Of a DNA stretch of 64,000 nucleotides, positions 38,136-46,029 are shown piece after piece; position 1 is the first letter of the stretch; every line of letters starts with the position of its first letter. The translations under genes were made by a program, and so were the position numbers. Origin of the DNA: Sulfurovum sp. (GTDB lineage: Bacteria > Campylobacterota > Campylobacteria > Campylobacterales > Sulfurovaceae); the NCBI GenBank assembly GCA_020721345.1, contig DYMX01000001.1:9960-73959 (forward strand). Direction: 5' to 3'. The notes under the pieces are model-generated. The model saw nothing but the letters and a program-made list of their open reading frames with translations, made no database searches and was not told the origin of the DNA.

Positions 38136-38627
38136 CTACTCCTTGATGCAGATTTCTTGATAGCAAACACTGCTTATCTCATAACATTTCTCGCCATTTG
38201 GCAAAGTTACCTCTATCTCATCGCCTTTTACTTTGCTTAAAAGGGCTTTTGCCAAAGGAGAAAAGATCGATATAAGCCCATGTGACGGTTTTGATTCCTG
38301 GGAACCTACTATGGTATATGTTATAACTTCATCACTATCCAGGTCTATAAGCTTAACCGTTGAACCGAAACAGATTCTCGTATGCGCAAGAGATGATGGA
38401 TCTATAATATGCGAGCGAGACAATATATCTCCAAGCTCTATGATACGAGCTTCCATCATGCCTTGTTTTTCTTTTGCTGCATGATATTCTGCATTTTCTT
38501 TCAGATCGCCCAAAGCTCTAGCTTCTTCTATGACTTTTGCTATAGTTGCTCTTTCTACTATTTTAAGATGTTCCAATTCACGAGAGAGCTTTTGGTATGT
38601 TTGATCTAGCATTGGTTCTTTTTTCAC
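38136..38627 (-). CDS. greA: transcription elongation factor GreA
   Basis: An N-terminal coiled coil with DLKENAEYHAAKE, followed by a C-terminal globular domain. Confidence 0.9.
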   Translation of the reverse strand: MKKEPMLDQTYQKLSRELEHLKIVERATIAKVIEEARALGDLKENAEYHAAKEKQGMMEARIIELGDILSRSHIIDPSSLAHTRICFGSTVKLIDLDSDEVITYTIVGSQESKPSHGLISIFSPLAKALLSKVKGDEIEVTLPNGEKCYEISSVCYQEICIKE

Positions 38628-38727
38628 TTGCTTTCCTGCATAAAAATTTAATAGTATTATACCAAAAATTAATATTTCTTTAGAAAAAGGCTATAATTAC
38701 TTTTAAATTTTAAAAGCGAATAGAACA

Positions 38728-39507
38728 ATGATAAATATTTTAATTACAAACGATGACGGATTTGAATCAAAAGGTCTTCATGACCTTATGGATGCGCTTA
38801 AAACCATAGGCAATGTTACTGTCGTAGCTCCTACGGTTGAAAAATCAGCATGCGGACACTCTCTTACCCTTACAAGACCGCTTAGATTTGTGGAACTAGA
38901 AGAAGACTTTTACAAACTAGATGACGGAACGCCTACTGACTGCGTATTTTTGGCGCTAAATAAGATATACAACACAAGACATAAGCCCGACATTGTTATA
39001 TCAGGAATAAATCAAGGCTCAAACATGGGCGAGGATATTACTTATTCGGGAACAGCCGCGGGCGCCATGGAAGCGGTACTTCAAGGAATTCCTGCCATTG
39101 CCATATCTCAAGTCTGCAAAGAGCATTGCCAAAATATAGAAGAGTTTGGATTTGAGCTGGCAAAAGAAGCTATCGTTACTATAGTCAAAAAAATACTTGA
39201 TGGAGGTTACCCCCTTAATGACAGAAAGTTTTTAAATGTCAATATTCCTCCGATCTCCCCAAATGATTGCAAAGGATACAAAGTTACAAAAGCCGGCAGA
39301 CGAATCTATGGAAATAACGCAGAGGTACATTACAATCCGAGAGGTCTTGAGTACTACTGGATAGGACTTCCGAGACTTGACTGGGAATCTGATGATGGGC
39401 ATATGAGCGACTTTGAAGCGATAGATCAAGGATATATATCGATCACTCCCGTTCATTTGGATATGACAAGCCACAGAGATATAAAACATTTAGAGAATTG
39501 GCTGTGA
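38728..39507 (+). CDS. surE: 5'/3'-nucleotidase SurE
   Basis: ILITNDDGF N-terminus, SGINQGSN and YSGTAAGAMEA. Confidence 0.9.
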   Translation: MINILITNDDGFESKGLHDLMDALKTIGNVTVVAPTVEKSACGHSLTLTRPLRFVELEEDFYKLDDGTPTDCVFLALNKIYNTRHKPDIVISGINQGSNMGEDITYSGTAAGAMEAVLQGIPAIAISQVCKEHCQNIEEFGFELAKEAIVTIVKKILDGGYPLNDRKFLNVNIPPISPNDCKGYKVTKAGRRIYGNNAEVHYNPRGLEYYWIGLPRLDWESDDGHMSDFEAIDQGYISITPVHLDMTSHRDIKHLENWL

Positions 39508-40139
39508 GATTTGATAGATGCAGAACACTTTTTGGGGATGATTTTCTTAAACTTCAAAATGCCAAAGTGCTTATTATCGGCGTCGGAGGCGTTGGGAGCT
39601 ATGCGCTTGACTGTTTATATAGAAGCGGGCTCCATCATATAACCATAGTCGATTATGACATATACGATATAACAAATCAAAACAGGCAAATAGGCTCAGA
39701 TGCCGTTGGCGCGTACAAAACCGATAGATTATGCGAACTTTATCCGAGCATAAAAACCATAAACAGCCAAGTAGATATTGCATGGGTAAAAGAGTTTGAT
39801 TTTGAGCCTTTTGATATAGTTATAGATGCTTGCGATACCACAAAAGTAAAGATAGAGTTAGCCAAAAAAGTATATAAAAAACTCATAATGTCTGTTGGGT
39901 CTGCAAAAAGATTTGATGCTTCTAAAATAAAAGTTGACTCTATTTGGAGAAGCTATGGAGACGCGCTTGCAAGCAAGATAAGAAGAGAGTTAAAAAAAGA
40001 AAAATTTGATCGTAATTTCAAGGTGGTATTTTCAGATGAAGATGCAAAGTGCAAAAACAAAGGCTCTTGTGTAGCAGTAACAGGAGCATTTGGTCTTACG
40101 ATATGCTCCGAAACCATAAAAAAGATATTGAAAAAATAG
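39498..40139 (+). CDS. tcdA: ThiF/HesA-family protein, tRNA threonylcarbamoyladenosine dehydratase-like
   Basis: RF.R...LFG...L....VLIIGVGGVGS E1-like Rossmann motif. The true start is probably the GTG at 39504, overlapping the surE stop (GTGA). Confidence 0.7.
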   Translation: MAVRFDRCRTLFGDDFLKLQNAKVLIIGVGGVGSYALDCLYRSGLHHITIVDYDIYDITNQNRQIGSDAVGAYKTDRLCELYPSIKTINSQVDIAWVKEFDFEPFDIVIDACDTTKVKIELAKKVYKKLIMSVGSAKRFDASKIKVDSIWRSYGDALASKIRRELKKEKFDRNFKVVFSDEDAKCKNKGSCVAVTGAFGLTICSETIKKILKK

Positions 40140-40141
40140 TT

Positions 40142-40297
40142 TTACTTCTTTAAACTATCCCTTATATCTCTAAGCAATAATATATTCTCATCTACAGTAG
40201 GAGCTTCTTCTGCTGGAGTTTTCAATTTATTGTAAGCCTTTATAAACATAAATACCATATTTCCTTCTATAAGGAATTTTTTAAACTCATTTAGCAT
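40142..40297 (-). pseudogene. mscL: internally deleted mscL remnant (51 codons), in frame with the 3' end of ccsBA and retaining its own RBS
   Basis: MLNEFKKFLIEGNMV aligns with the MscL N-terminus (E. coli IKEFREFAMRGNVV). FMFIKAYNKLKTPAEEAPTVDENILLLRDIRDSLKK aligns with the end of TM2 plus the C-terminal helix (FMAIKLINKL...EEVLLTEIRDLLKEQ). About 85 aa are missing in between. AAAGGAGCGAAAATG lies at 40311-40295. Confidence 0.7.
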
Positions 40298-43200
40298 TTT
40301 CGCTCCTTTTAAACATCTATTTAACTTCAACTTAGAGTCTCTTTTAAAAAATGCGGCTACCGACAAAACAAAAGCTGCCGCTATAGCCACATATACCCAA
40401 TCAGGTATAGGCATAGGATCTCCGGCAGCATAAGAGTGAAGCCCCGACAAGTAGTAGTTAACTCCGAAATATGTCATTAGAACACTACTATATGCCCAAA
40501 GCGCTGCTAGATTAAACAGATAATTGCTTTTTAATTTTGGAATAAACCTAAGGTGTATCACCGCAGCATAAACCAGTATCGTAACTGCAGCCCAAGTCTC
40601 TTTTGGATCCCATCCCCAGTATCTCCCCCAGCTTTCATTTGCCCATACACCACCGAGGAAATTGCCTATGGTAAATATAGCCAGACCTATGATGATCGAC
40701 ATTTCAGACAGTGCAGAAAGTTCCGCGATAGATTTATCTATATTTGAATTGCCTTTAGCTCTAAAAACAAATAATATGAGAGCAAGCAAAGACAAAATAA
40801 ACCCTAAGCCCAAGAATCCATCTCCACCAACAATAAGAGCAACATGTATCATAAGCCAATATGATTTAAGCACAGGCACCAGCGGGGTAATTTCCGGATT
40901 GATAAAGCTCATATGAGCAACACCCATAGTTGCTCCTGCCAATATGGCTGTGGCTGCCAAGGCAAAAACACTTTTTCTTGCAAGCAAGAGTCCTGCTAAA
41001 ACAGTAGTAAGCGCTATAAAAACAATTGATTCATAAGCATTACTCCAAGGAGCATGATCTGTGATATACCATCTAACCCCAAGCCCCGCCATATGGACTA
41101 AAAATCCGATACCGAGCAGCACGACAGCAACGGTTAAAATAGATTTAATCTTAAAAATAGGTTTTATCATGTGAACAAAAGCAAAAACGATCAACAAAAT
41201 ACCGATAACCAGATAATATGGAACAAGTTTTGCAAAAAGATTAAAATCATTGTAGAACACTTCAAAATCTATCTTTTCTTTTGACGGTATAACGCTATAT
41301 CCAACTACCTCTTGGTACTCTTTTATGATACTTAATCCATCGTTTGCTTTTTTCCAGTTGTTTGTTTTAGATGCTTCATCTACCTGAGTAAAATAATTTG
41401 TTGTGATAAGTTTTACCATATCGGCATCTTTTGCTTCGAACATATCCATTGCCTTCTTCGGAGCATACCAGCTATTGTTCGGATCTTTTGGTTTTGGATA
41501 AATTTTTAGAAATTCGCCCATAAATGTCATGTACATCACATTTAATCTCTCATCAACTTTTATAAGTTCTTTGTCGTATTGGCTTTTTTCAAGAGGAACT
41601 TTTTGATTTGCCTTTTGAACGGTGTCAAAAAGTTTATATTGTCCGGCAGGAGTAAAAAAATCAGAAAACTTTGCAAATTTATCTTCGCTCTTAAGCCCTA
41701 GATCTTTTGCTATTTGCGGATGAGAAATTTTGATTATCGCCAATTCTTGAAAAATTTCAGGTCTAAGCATCATATTTAAAAACAGTTCGCTTGCGCTTTT
41801 ACCTAACATCGAGGTAGAGCCTGTAACTTTTGAAACGATCTCCGTAGCCATAGTATCAACAGGCTTCATTCTGCCTAGATTGTCCTGCACCACAAGATGT
41901 CTAAAATTCTCCAAATGACCTTTGTTTATATTTTGTATAGTTGAATTTATATCTGCTTTTAGATTTGTAGAGCCAAGCAGGGCAAAAATAACTATCAAAA
42001 CAGAAAGCTGCTGCATACCGTTAGCCTCTCTCAGAAGTTTTTGGAATCTTCCGTTTTTTATAAACAGAGACCAAATGAAACCAATAGACAATAGAAGATA
42101 ACCCAAATATGTCATTTTTGTCCCTGGGTCATGGTTTACTGAGAGGATCGTACCTTTCTCGTCCGGATCATAAGATGTTTGGAACAGTCTAAAATTTTGA
42201 TGATCAAGTATATGATTCATATATATTTCAAACGGCATATTTACACTGTTTTTTACATCTTTCAATATAACTTCACTCGAATAAGAAGATGGCGTCATAG
42301 AGCCTGGATATTTTTCAAGCTTAAAGTCTTTGAGATAGATCTCAAACGGCAGTTCTATGACCTTTGAGCCAATTATCATAGCTATATCAACACCGTCTAT
42401 GTTTATATTTTTTATCTCTCCGCTCTCTCCGCTAACTGGAAAAAATTCTATACTTTTTGATTTTCCGTTTACGCTTATATCCATCATCATATATTCCGGA
42501 TTTTTTCCGCTCGGCTTAAGAGACGCGGAAACTTTCTTTATTAATGCATTTGAATATCTTTTTTTTAAAACTATGGCACTGCTGTCAAATCTATAAAAGG
42601 TTCTATTGTTAAAAGCATTTAAGCCGGTGCCTATTGATCCGCTCTCTTGCGTATCTATATTTAAAGTCACGGCATCACTTGGAAAGTATGCTTTGAGTCC
42701 GTCATTTGAACTAACTATGTTAAAGGATAGTGGATCGCTGTTGTTGTTATCAAATGAAACGATCATTCCTCCTACCTGCTTCGTTTCGCCTTTGGCGATA
42801 TATGCAGTAGTTCCGATACTGCCCATACCGCTTACCATCAACTCCAACATCTCTTTTCCGTCTTTTACATTTGTTTGCAACTTTTCTTCCACTTGCGGCA
42901 GATACTCTTTTAGTGACAGGTTAACAGTTTTATTTCCAACCAAAATTTGCTTTTCAAAACTGTTTTTTGTCATTGAAGATAAAAATATAGGATATTCTTG
43001 ATATGTTGCGCTTTTACCGTTTCTTGCTTCGATCTGAACATATCTATCCATTGATAGCATTTTATTTGTAGAGCTTCCTTCTCTAACCGATAATTTACCT
43101 TCATACCCCCAATATCTTGTCATTAAGGCGCCAAGCGCAATGATAACAAATGAAAAGTGAAATATAAAAACAGGAATTTTATTTTTATAGGATTTGAAAT

Positions 43201-43396
43201 TAAGTATTTGGTATGAGAGTATTGCTATAAAATAAAATAAAAAAAGTTCAAACCATTTTGTTTTATATATTAGCGCTTGAGCTGTAGCGGTGCCATGATC
43301 ATTTTCTATAAATGTTGCAATTCCTATCATCGCGCCAAATATTATCATCATTGCAACTGCTATTTTCATTGAAAAAAGTTTCTTTAAAATATTCAT
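40142..43396 (-). CDS. ccsBA: cytochrome c biogenesis system II synthase, fused CcsB-CcsA (CcsBA). The ORF reads through into an mscL remnant.
   Basis: The N-terminal half is ResB/CcsB-like and the C-terminal half is CcsA, with the WGRYWGWDPKETWA tryptophan-rich (WWD) motif. No in-frame stop precedes the last 51 codons, which are MscL-derived. Confidence 0.85.
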   Translation of the reverse strand: MNILKKLFSMKIAVAMMIIFGAMIGIATFIENDHGTATAQALIYKTKWFELFLFYFIAILSYQILNFKSYKNKIPVFIFHFSFVIIALGALMTRYWGYEGKLSVREGSSTNKMLSMDRYVQIEARNGKSATYQEYPIFLSSMTKNSFEKQILVGNKTVNLSLKEYLPQVEEKLQTNVKDGKEMLELMVSGMGSIGTTAYIAKGETKQVGGMIVSFDNNNSDPLSFNIVSSNDGLKAYFPSDAVTLNIDTQESGSIGTGLNAFNNRTFYRFDSSAIVLKKRYSNALIKKVSASLKPSGKNPEYMMMDISVNGKSKSIEFFPVSGESGEIKNINIDGVDIAMIIGSKVIELPFEIYLKDFKLEKYPGSMTPSSYSSEVILKDVKNSVNMPFEIYMNHILDHQNFRLFQTSYDPDEKGTILSVNHDPGTKMTYLGYLLLSIGFIWSLFIKNGRFQKLLREANGMQQLSVLIVIFALLGSTNLKADINSTIQNINKGHLENFRHLVVQDNLGRMKPVDTMATEIVSKVTGSTSMLGKSASELFLNMMLRPEIFQELAIIKISHPQIAKDLGLKSEDKFAKFSDFFTPAGQYKLFDTVQKANQKVPLEKSQYDKELIKVDERLNVMYMTFMGEFLKIYPKPKDPNNSWYAPKKAMDMFEAKDADMVKLITTNYFTQVDEASKTNNWKKANDGLSIIKEYQEVVGYSVIPSKEKIDFEVFYNDFNLFAKLVPYYLVIGILLIVFAFVHMIKPIFKIKSILTVAVVLLGIGFLVHMAGLGVRWYITDHAPWSNAYESIVFIALTTVLAGLLLARKSVFALAATAILAGATMGVAHMSFINPEITPLVPVLKSYWLMIHVALIVGGDGFLGLGFILSLLALILFVFRAKGNSNIDKSIAELSALSEMSIIIGLAIFTIGNFLGGVWANESWGRYWGWDPKETWAAVTILVYAAVIHLRFIPKLKSNYLFNLAALWAYSSVLMTYFGVNYYLSGLHSYAAGDPMPIPDWVYVAIAAAFVLSVAAFFKRDSKLKLNRCLKGAKMLNEFKKFLIEGNMVFMFIKAYNKLKTPAEEAPTVDENILLLRDIRDSLKK

Positions 43397-43502
43397 TTTA
43401 TTCCTCGGATTTTAAAAAGTTTATTTTATACACATTTGCTTTATTTAAGATAAATATCGTCTTGTTTGGCTGCTTTTTGATTCAAATCAAAACCACTCAT
43501 TT

Positions 43503-44015
43503 TTAATCCATCTTGAAACCTATCTTTTTGGTATACACCTGTGTCTCATCTTGAATATCTTGCATGATCGACACCGCTTGTATAACTTTTTGAAGTAATT
43601 TTTTTGTTTCTTTATCGTTTGTCTCAAGTTTTTCAAGTCTTTTAATGATATCAAAGTATGGAACAGACAAATTTTTTTTCTTAGTAAAAGTTCGCATTAT
43701 CTCCTTGGTAATCTCAACTGCAACTTGACTTTTCAATACTGTTGCAAGCATATACACTCCTTGTTCCGTAAAAGCAAAAGGGTTAGTTCTTGTCATAACT
43801 AAATTTGTGGTCGCATTTTGCGACCGCAAATTATCAAATTCAATATCATTTATTTGAAACATAAAATCATCATCAAATCTTTCTATATTTCTTTTAACCT
43901 GCTCATTAACTCTCTTTGTCTCAACCCCATAAAGTTCAGCCAAATCAAAATTCAGCATCACCTGCATACCATGAATGACATAAATCTTTGTATCAATAGT
44001 TAAAATATCTTGCAT
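43503..44015 (-). CDS. ORF6N/KilA-N-like DNA-binding domain protein
   Basis: IHGMQVMLNFDLAELYGVETKRVNEQVKRNIERFDDDFMFQI closely matches the ORF6N consensus (iRGq.VMLD.DLA.LYGVeTk.LNqaVKRN..RFP.DFMFqL). Confidence 0.8.
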   Translation of the reverse strand: MQDILTIDTKIYVIHGMQVMLNFDLAELYGVETKRVNEQVKRNIERFDDDFMFQINDIEFDNLRSQNATTNLVMTRTNPFAFTEQGVYMLATVLKSQVAVEITKEIMRTFTKKKNLSVPYFDIIKRLEKLETNDKETKKLLQKVIQAVSIMQDIQDETQVYTKKIGFKMD

Positions 44016-44165
44016 AATTAAACCTTTTTATAAATCTATAAAAATATTATCAAAAAACAAATATATAGTATAAAAATATGTCAAAATGCAATATTTCTAA
44101 CCTCTTGTGATTTTAAGTGCTAAACTATAATTGTGGTAAAGTGCAACCGCGTCGGTGGGGGAGGT

Positions 44166-44239
44166 GTCATTGTGAGAAACAAAGTGACGAAGCAATCCAA
44201 AAAAGCCCTGCTCGTCATTCCGTACTTGATACGGAATCC
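44166..44239 (+). repeat. two adjacent GTCAT-type palindromic mini-elements in a locally GC-rich intergenic patch
   Basis: Unit 1 (44166-44198) is GTCATTGTGAG...GACGAAGCAATCC. Unit 2 (44214-44239) is GTC-ATTCCGTA-CTTGA-TACGGAAT-CC. Confidence 0.55.
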
Positions 44240-44401
44240 ATAGAGAGTAGCCTTATTTTATGGTGTTAGTTTTAGTCGGCACATTTAGTTAATCATTATT
44301 ATCAAAAAGCTAGTTAAATAAATTTAAAAAATCTTGCTATAATAAGCTATACTAATCAAAAATTAAAATAGGTATATTTAAGCAAGTGGCGATAAAAAGA
44401 T

Positions 44402-45547
44402 ATGGAAAAAGTAGAAAATATTAATATTGGAAGAATTGTTTGGTGCTGTGAAGAAGCAAGTATCACATTACAAGAATTATCTAAACATACCAATATTTCT
44501 CTTGATACGCTTAGCAAAGTTATTGACTTTAAAAAAAATCTAACCATAAATCAATTACAAAATATAGCATCTTATTTTAATAGGGGCTTACTTTTTTTTC
44601 TAGAAGACAATCCTGCAAGTGAAGAAAAAATTTATACTCTCCAGTTTCGTACTATTACAAATCAAAAACCTGAACTTACTAATAAATTAAGGGTTTTGAT
44701 TGAAAAAATTGAAGGACAACGAGAAGTCTATCTTTCCCTAAAAGAAAACCTTAATGATTATATTGAGTTCAATTGGTATCCAGAAGCATTAATTAATTAC
44801 AATGATATTAAAAAAACAGCATCAAATATTAGAAATTGGCTTAATTTAGATGATGAGAATAATTTTGCAAAACTTAGGACTGCAATTGAAAACAAAGGAA
44901 TTATGGTTTTCAAAAGTAATGGCTACAAAGGAATGTGGCAAATAGATAAAGAAAGTCCAATAAGAGGATTTTCTTTATATTATGAAACACTCCCAATAAT
45001 AGCCATAAAAAAACAAATGAGCGAAAAACCAGAAGCATTTACTTTAATGCACGAATTAGCACATTTACTGTTGCATAAAGAAAGTATTATTGATGATGAT
45101 GATGATTTTTATAGCTATAGAGACAAAGAAAAAGAAGCCAACGAGTTTGCTGGTAATATTTTGATTCCAGATGAATTTTTAGCCAGAATAGATTTAAATA
45201 ATTTTCCAATTAATAATGTAGAGTTGTGCGAAGAAAATCTCAAAAATTATAGCAAAGAATGGTGTGTTAGTACAGAGGTTATATTAAGACGATTATTAGA
45301 TGAAAACTATATACTAAAGCAATATTATACAAAATATCGAGAATGGAAAAAAACCCAACCTATGCCAGAGTCAAAAGATGGTGGAAGTAGAGAATATAGA
45401 TTTAGAGAACCTATTAATATTTTTGGTAAAAAATTTGTCAATACTGTTCTTGATGCACTTCAATCTAACCAGATAACATTATCAAAAGCTAGTTCATTCT
45501 TGGATAATATCAAAATAAAAGATATTCATAAATTGGAGGCAATATAA
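44402..45547 (+). CDS. XRE-type HTH fused to an ImmA/IrrE (COG2856) zinc metallopeptidase domain
   Basis: N-terminal HTH (ITLQELSKHTNISLDTLSKVI) and the HEXXH motif in FTLMHELAHLLLH. 381 aa. Confidence 0.8.
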   Translation: MEKVENINIGRIVWCCEEASITLQELSKHTNISLDTLSKVIDFKKNLTINQLQNIASYFNRGLLFFLEDNPASEEKIYTLQFRTITNQKPELTNKLRVLIEKIEGQREVYLSLKENLNDYIEFNWYPEALINYNDIKKTASNIRNWLNLDDENNFAKLRTAIENKGIMVFKSNGYKGMWQIDKESPIRGFSLYYETLPIIAIKKQMSEKPEAFTLMHELAHLLLHKESIIDDDDDFYSYRDKEKEANEFAGNILIPDEFLARIDLNNFPINNVELCEENLKNYSKEWCVSTEVILRRLLDENYILKQYYTKYREWKKTQPMPESKDGGSREYRFREPINIFGKKFVNTVLDALQSNQITLSKASSFLDNIKIKDIHKLEAI

Positions 45548-45548
45548 A

Positions 45549-46022
45549 ATGTATATTTTTGATGCCTCGTCAATCATTTATGGTTGGGATACATACCCAA
45601 TTGAAAAATTTCCTAGGTTATGGGAGTGGATAGAAAGTCAAATTAAAAAACATAATTTTTGGATTTCCGATATTGCACTAAAGGAAACTAAGTATAAATC
45701 TGAGGAATGTTGGCAATGGCTAACTCGTAACAACACTCAAGAATACAAATTAAACAATGATGTTTTAACAATGGCACAAAGAATAAAAAGCTTATTGGAA
45801 ATTGAAGAGGAAAATTATCACAAAGATGGTGTAGGTGAAAATGATATATTAATAATATCTGGGGCAAAAATTTTGAATTTCATTTTGATTTCTGACGAAA
45901 ATAAACAAAACAACCTACCGACAAATAAAAGTAGATATAAAATTCCTGCGGTTTGTAGCCTTGTTAATGTTAGTTGTAAAAAATTTATTGACTTGGTAAA
46001 AGAGTCTGATGAGAGTTTTTAA
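45549..46022 (+). CDS. DUF4411 (PIN-like) protein, putative nuclease/toxin partner of the ImmA-like gene
   Basis: MYIFDASSIIYGWDTYPIEKFPRLWEWIESQI matches my memory of the DUF4411 N-terminus (ylLDaN..i.....YP.d.FP.fWewl). The start is 1 nt after the upstream stop. Acidic residues lie at D5 and GENDIL. Confidence 0.65.
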   Translation: MYIFDASSIIYGWDTYPIEKFPRLWEWIESQIKKHNFWISDIALKETKYKSEECWQWLTRNNTQEYKLNNDVLTMAQRIKSLLEIEEENYHKDGVGENDILIISGAKILNFILISDENKQNNLPTNKSRYKIPAVCSLVNVSCKKFIDLVKESDESF

Positions 46023-46029
46023 ATAAACA

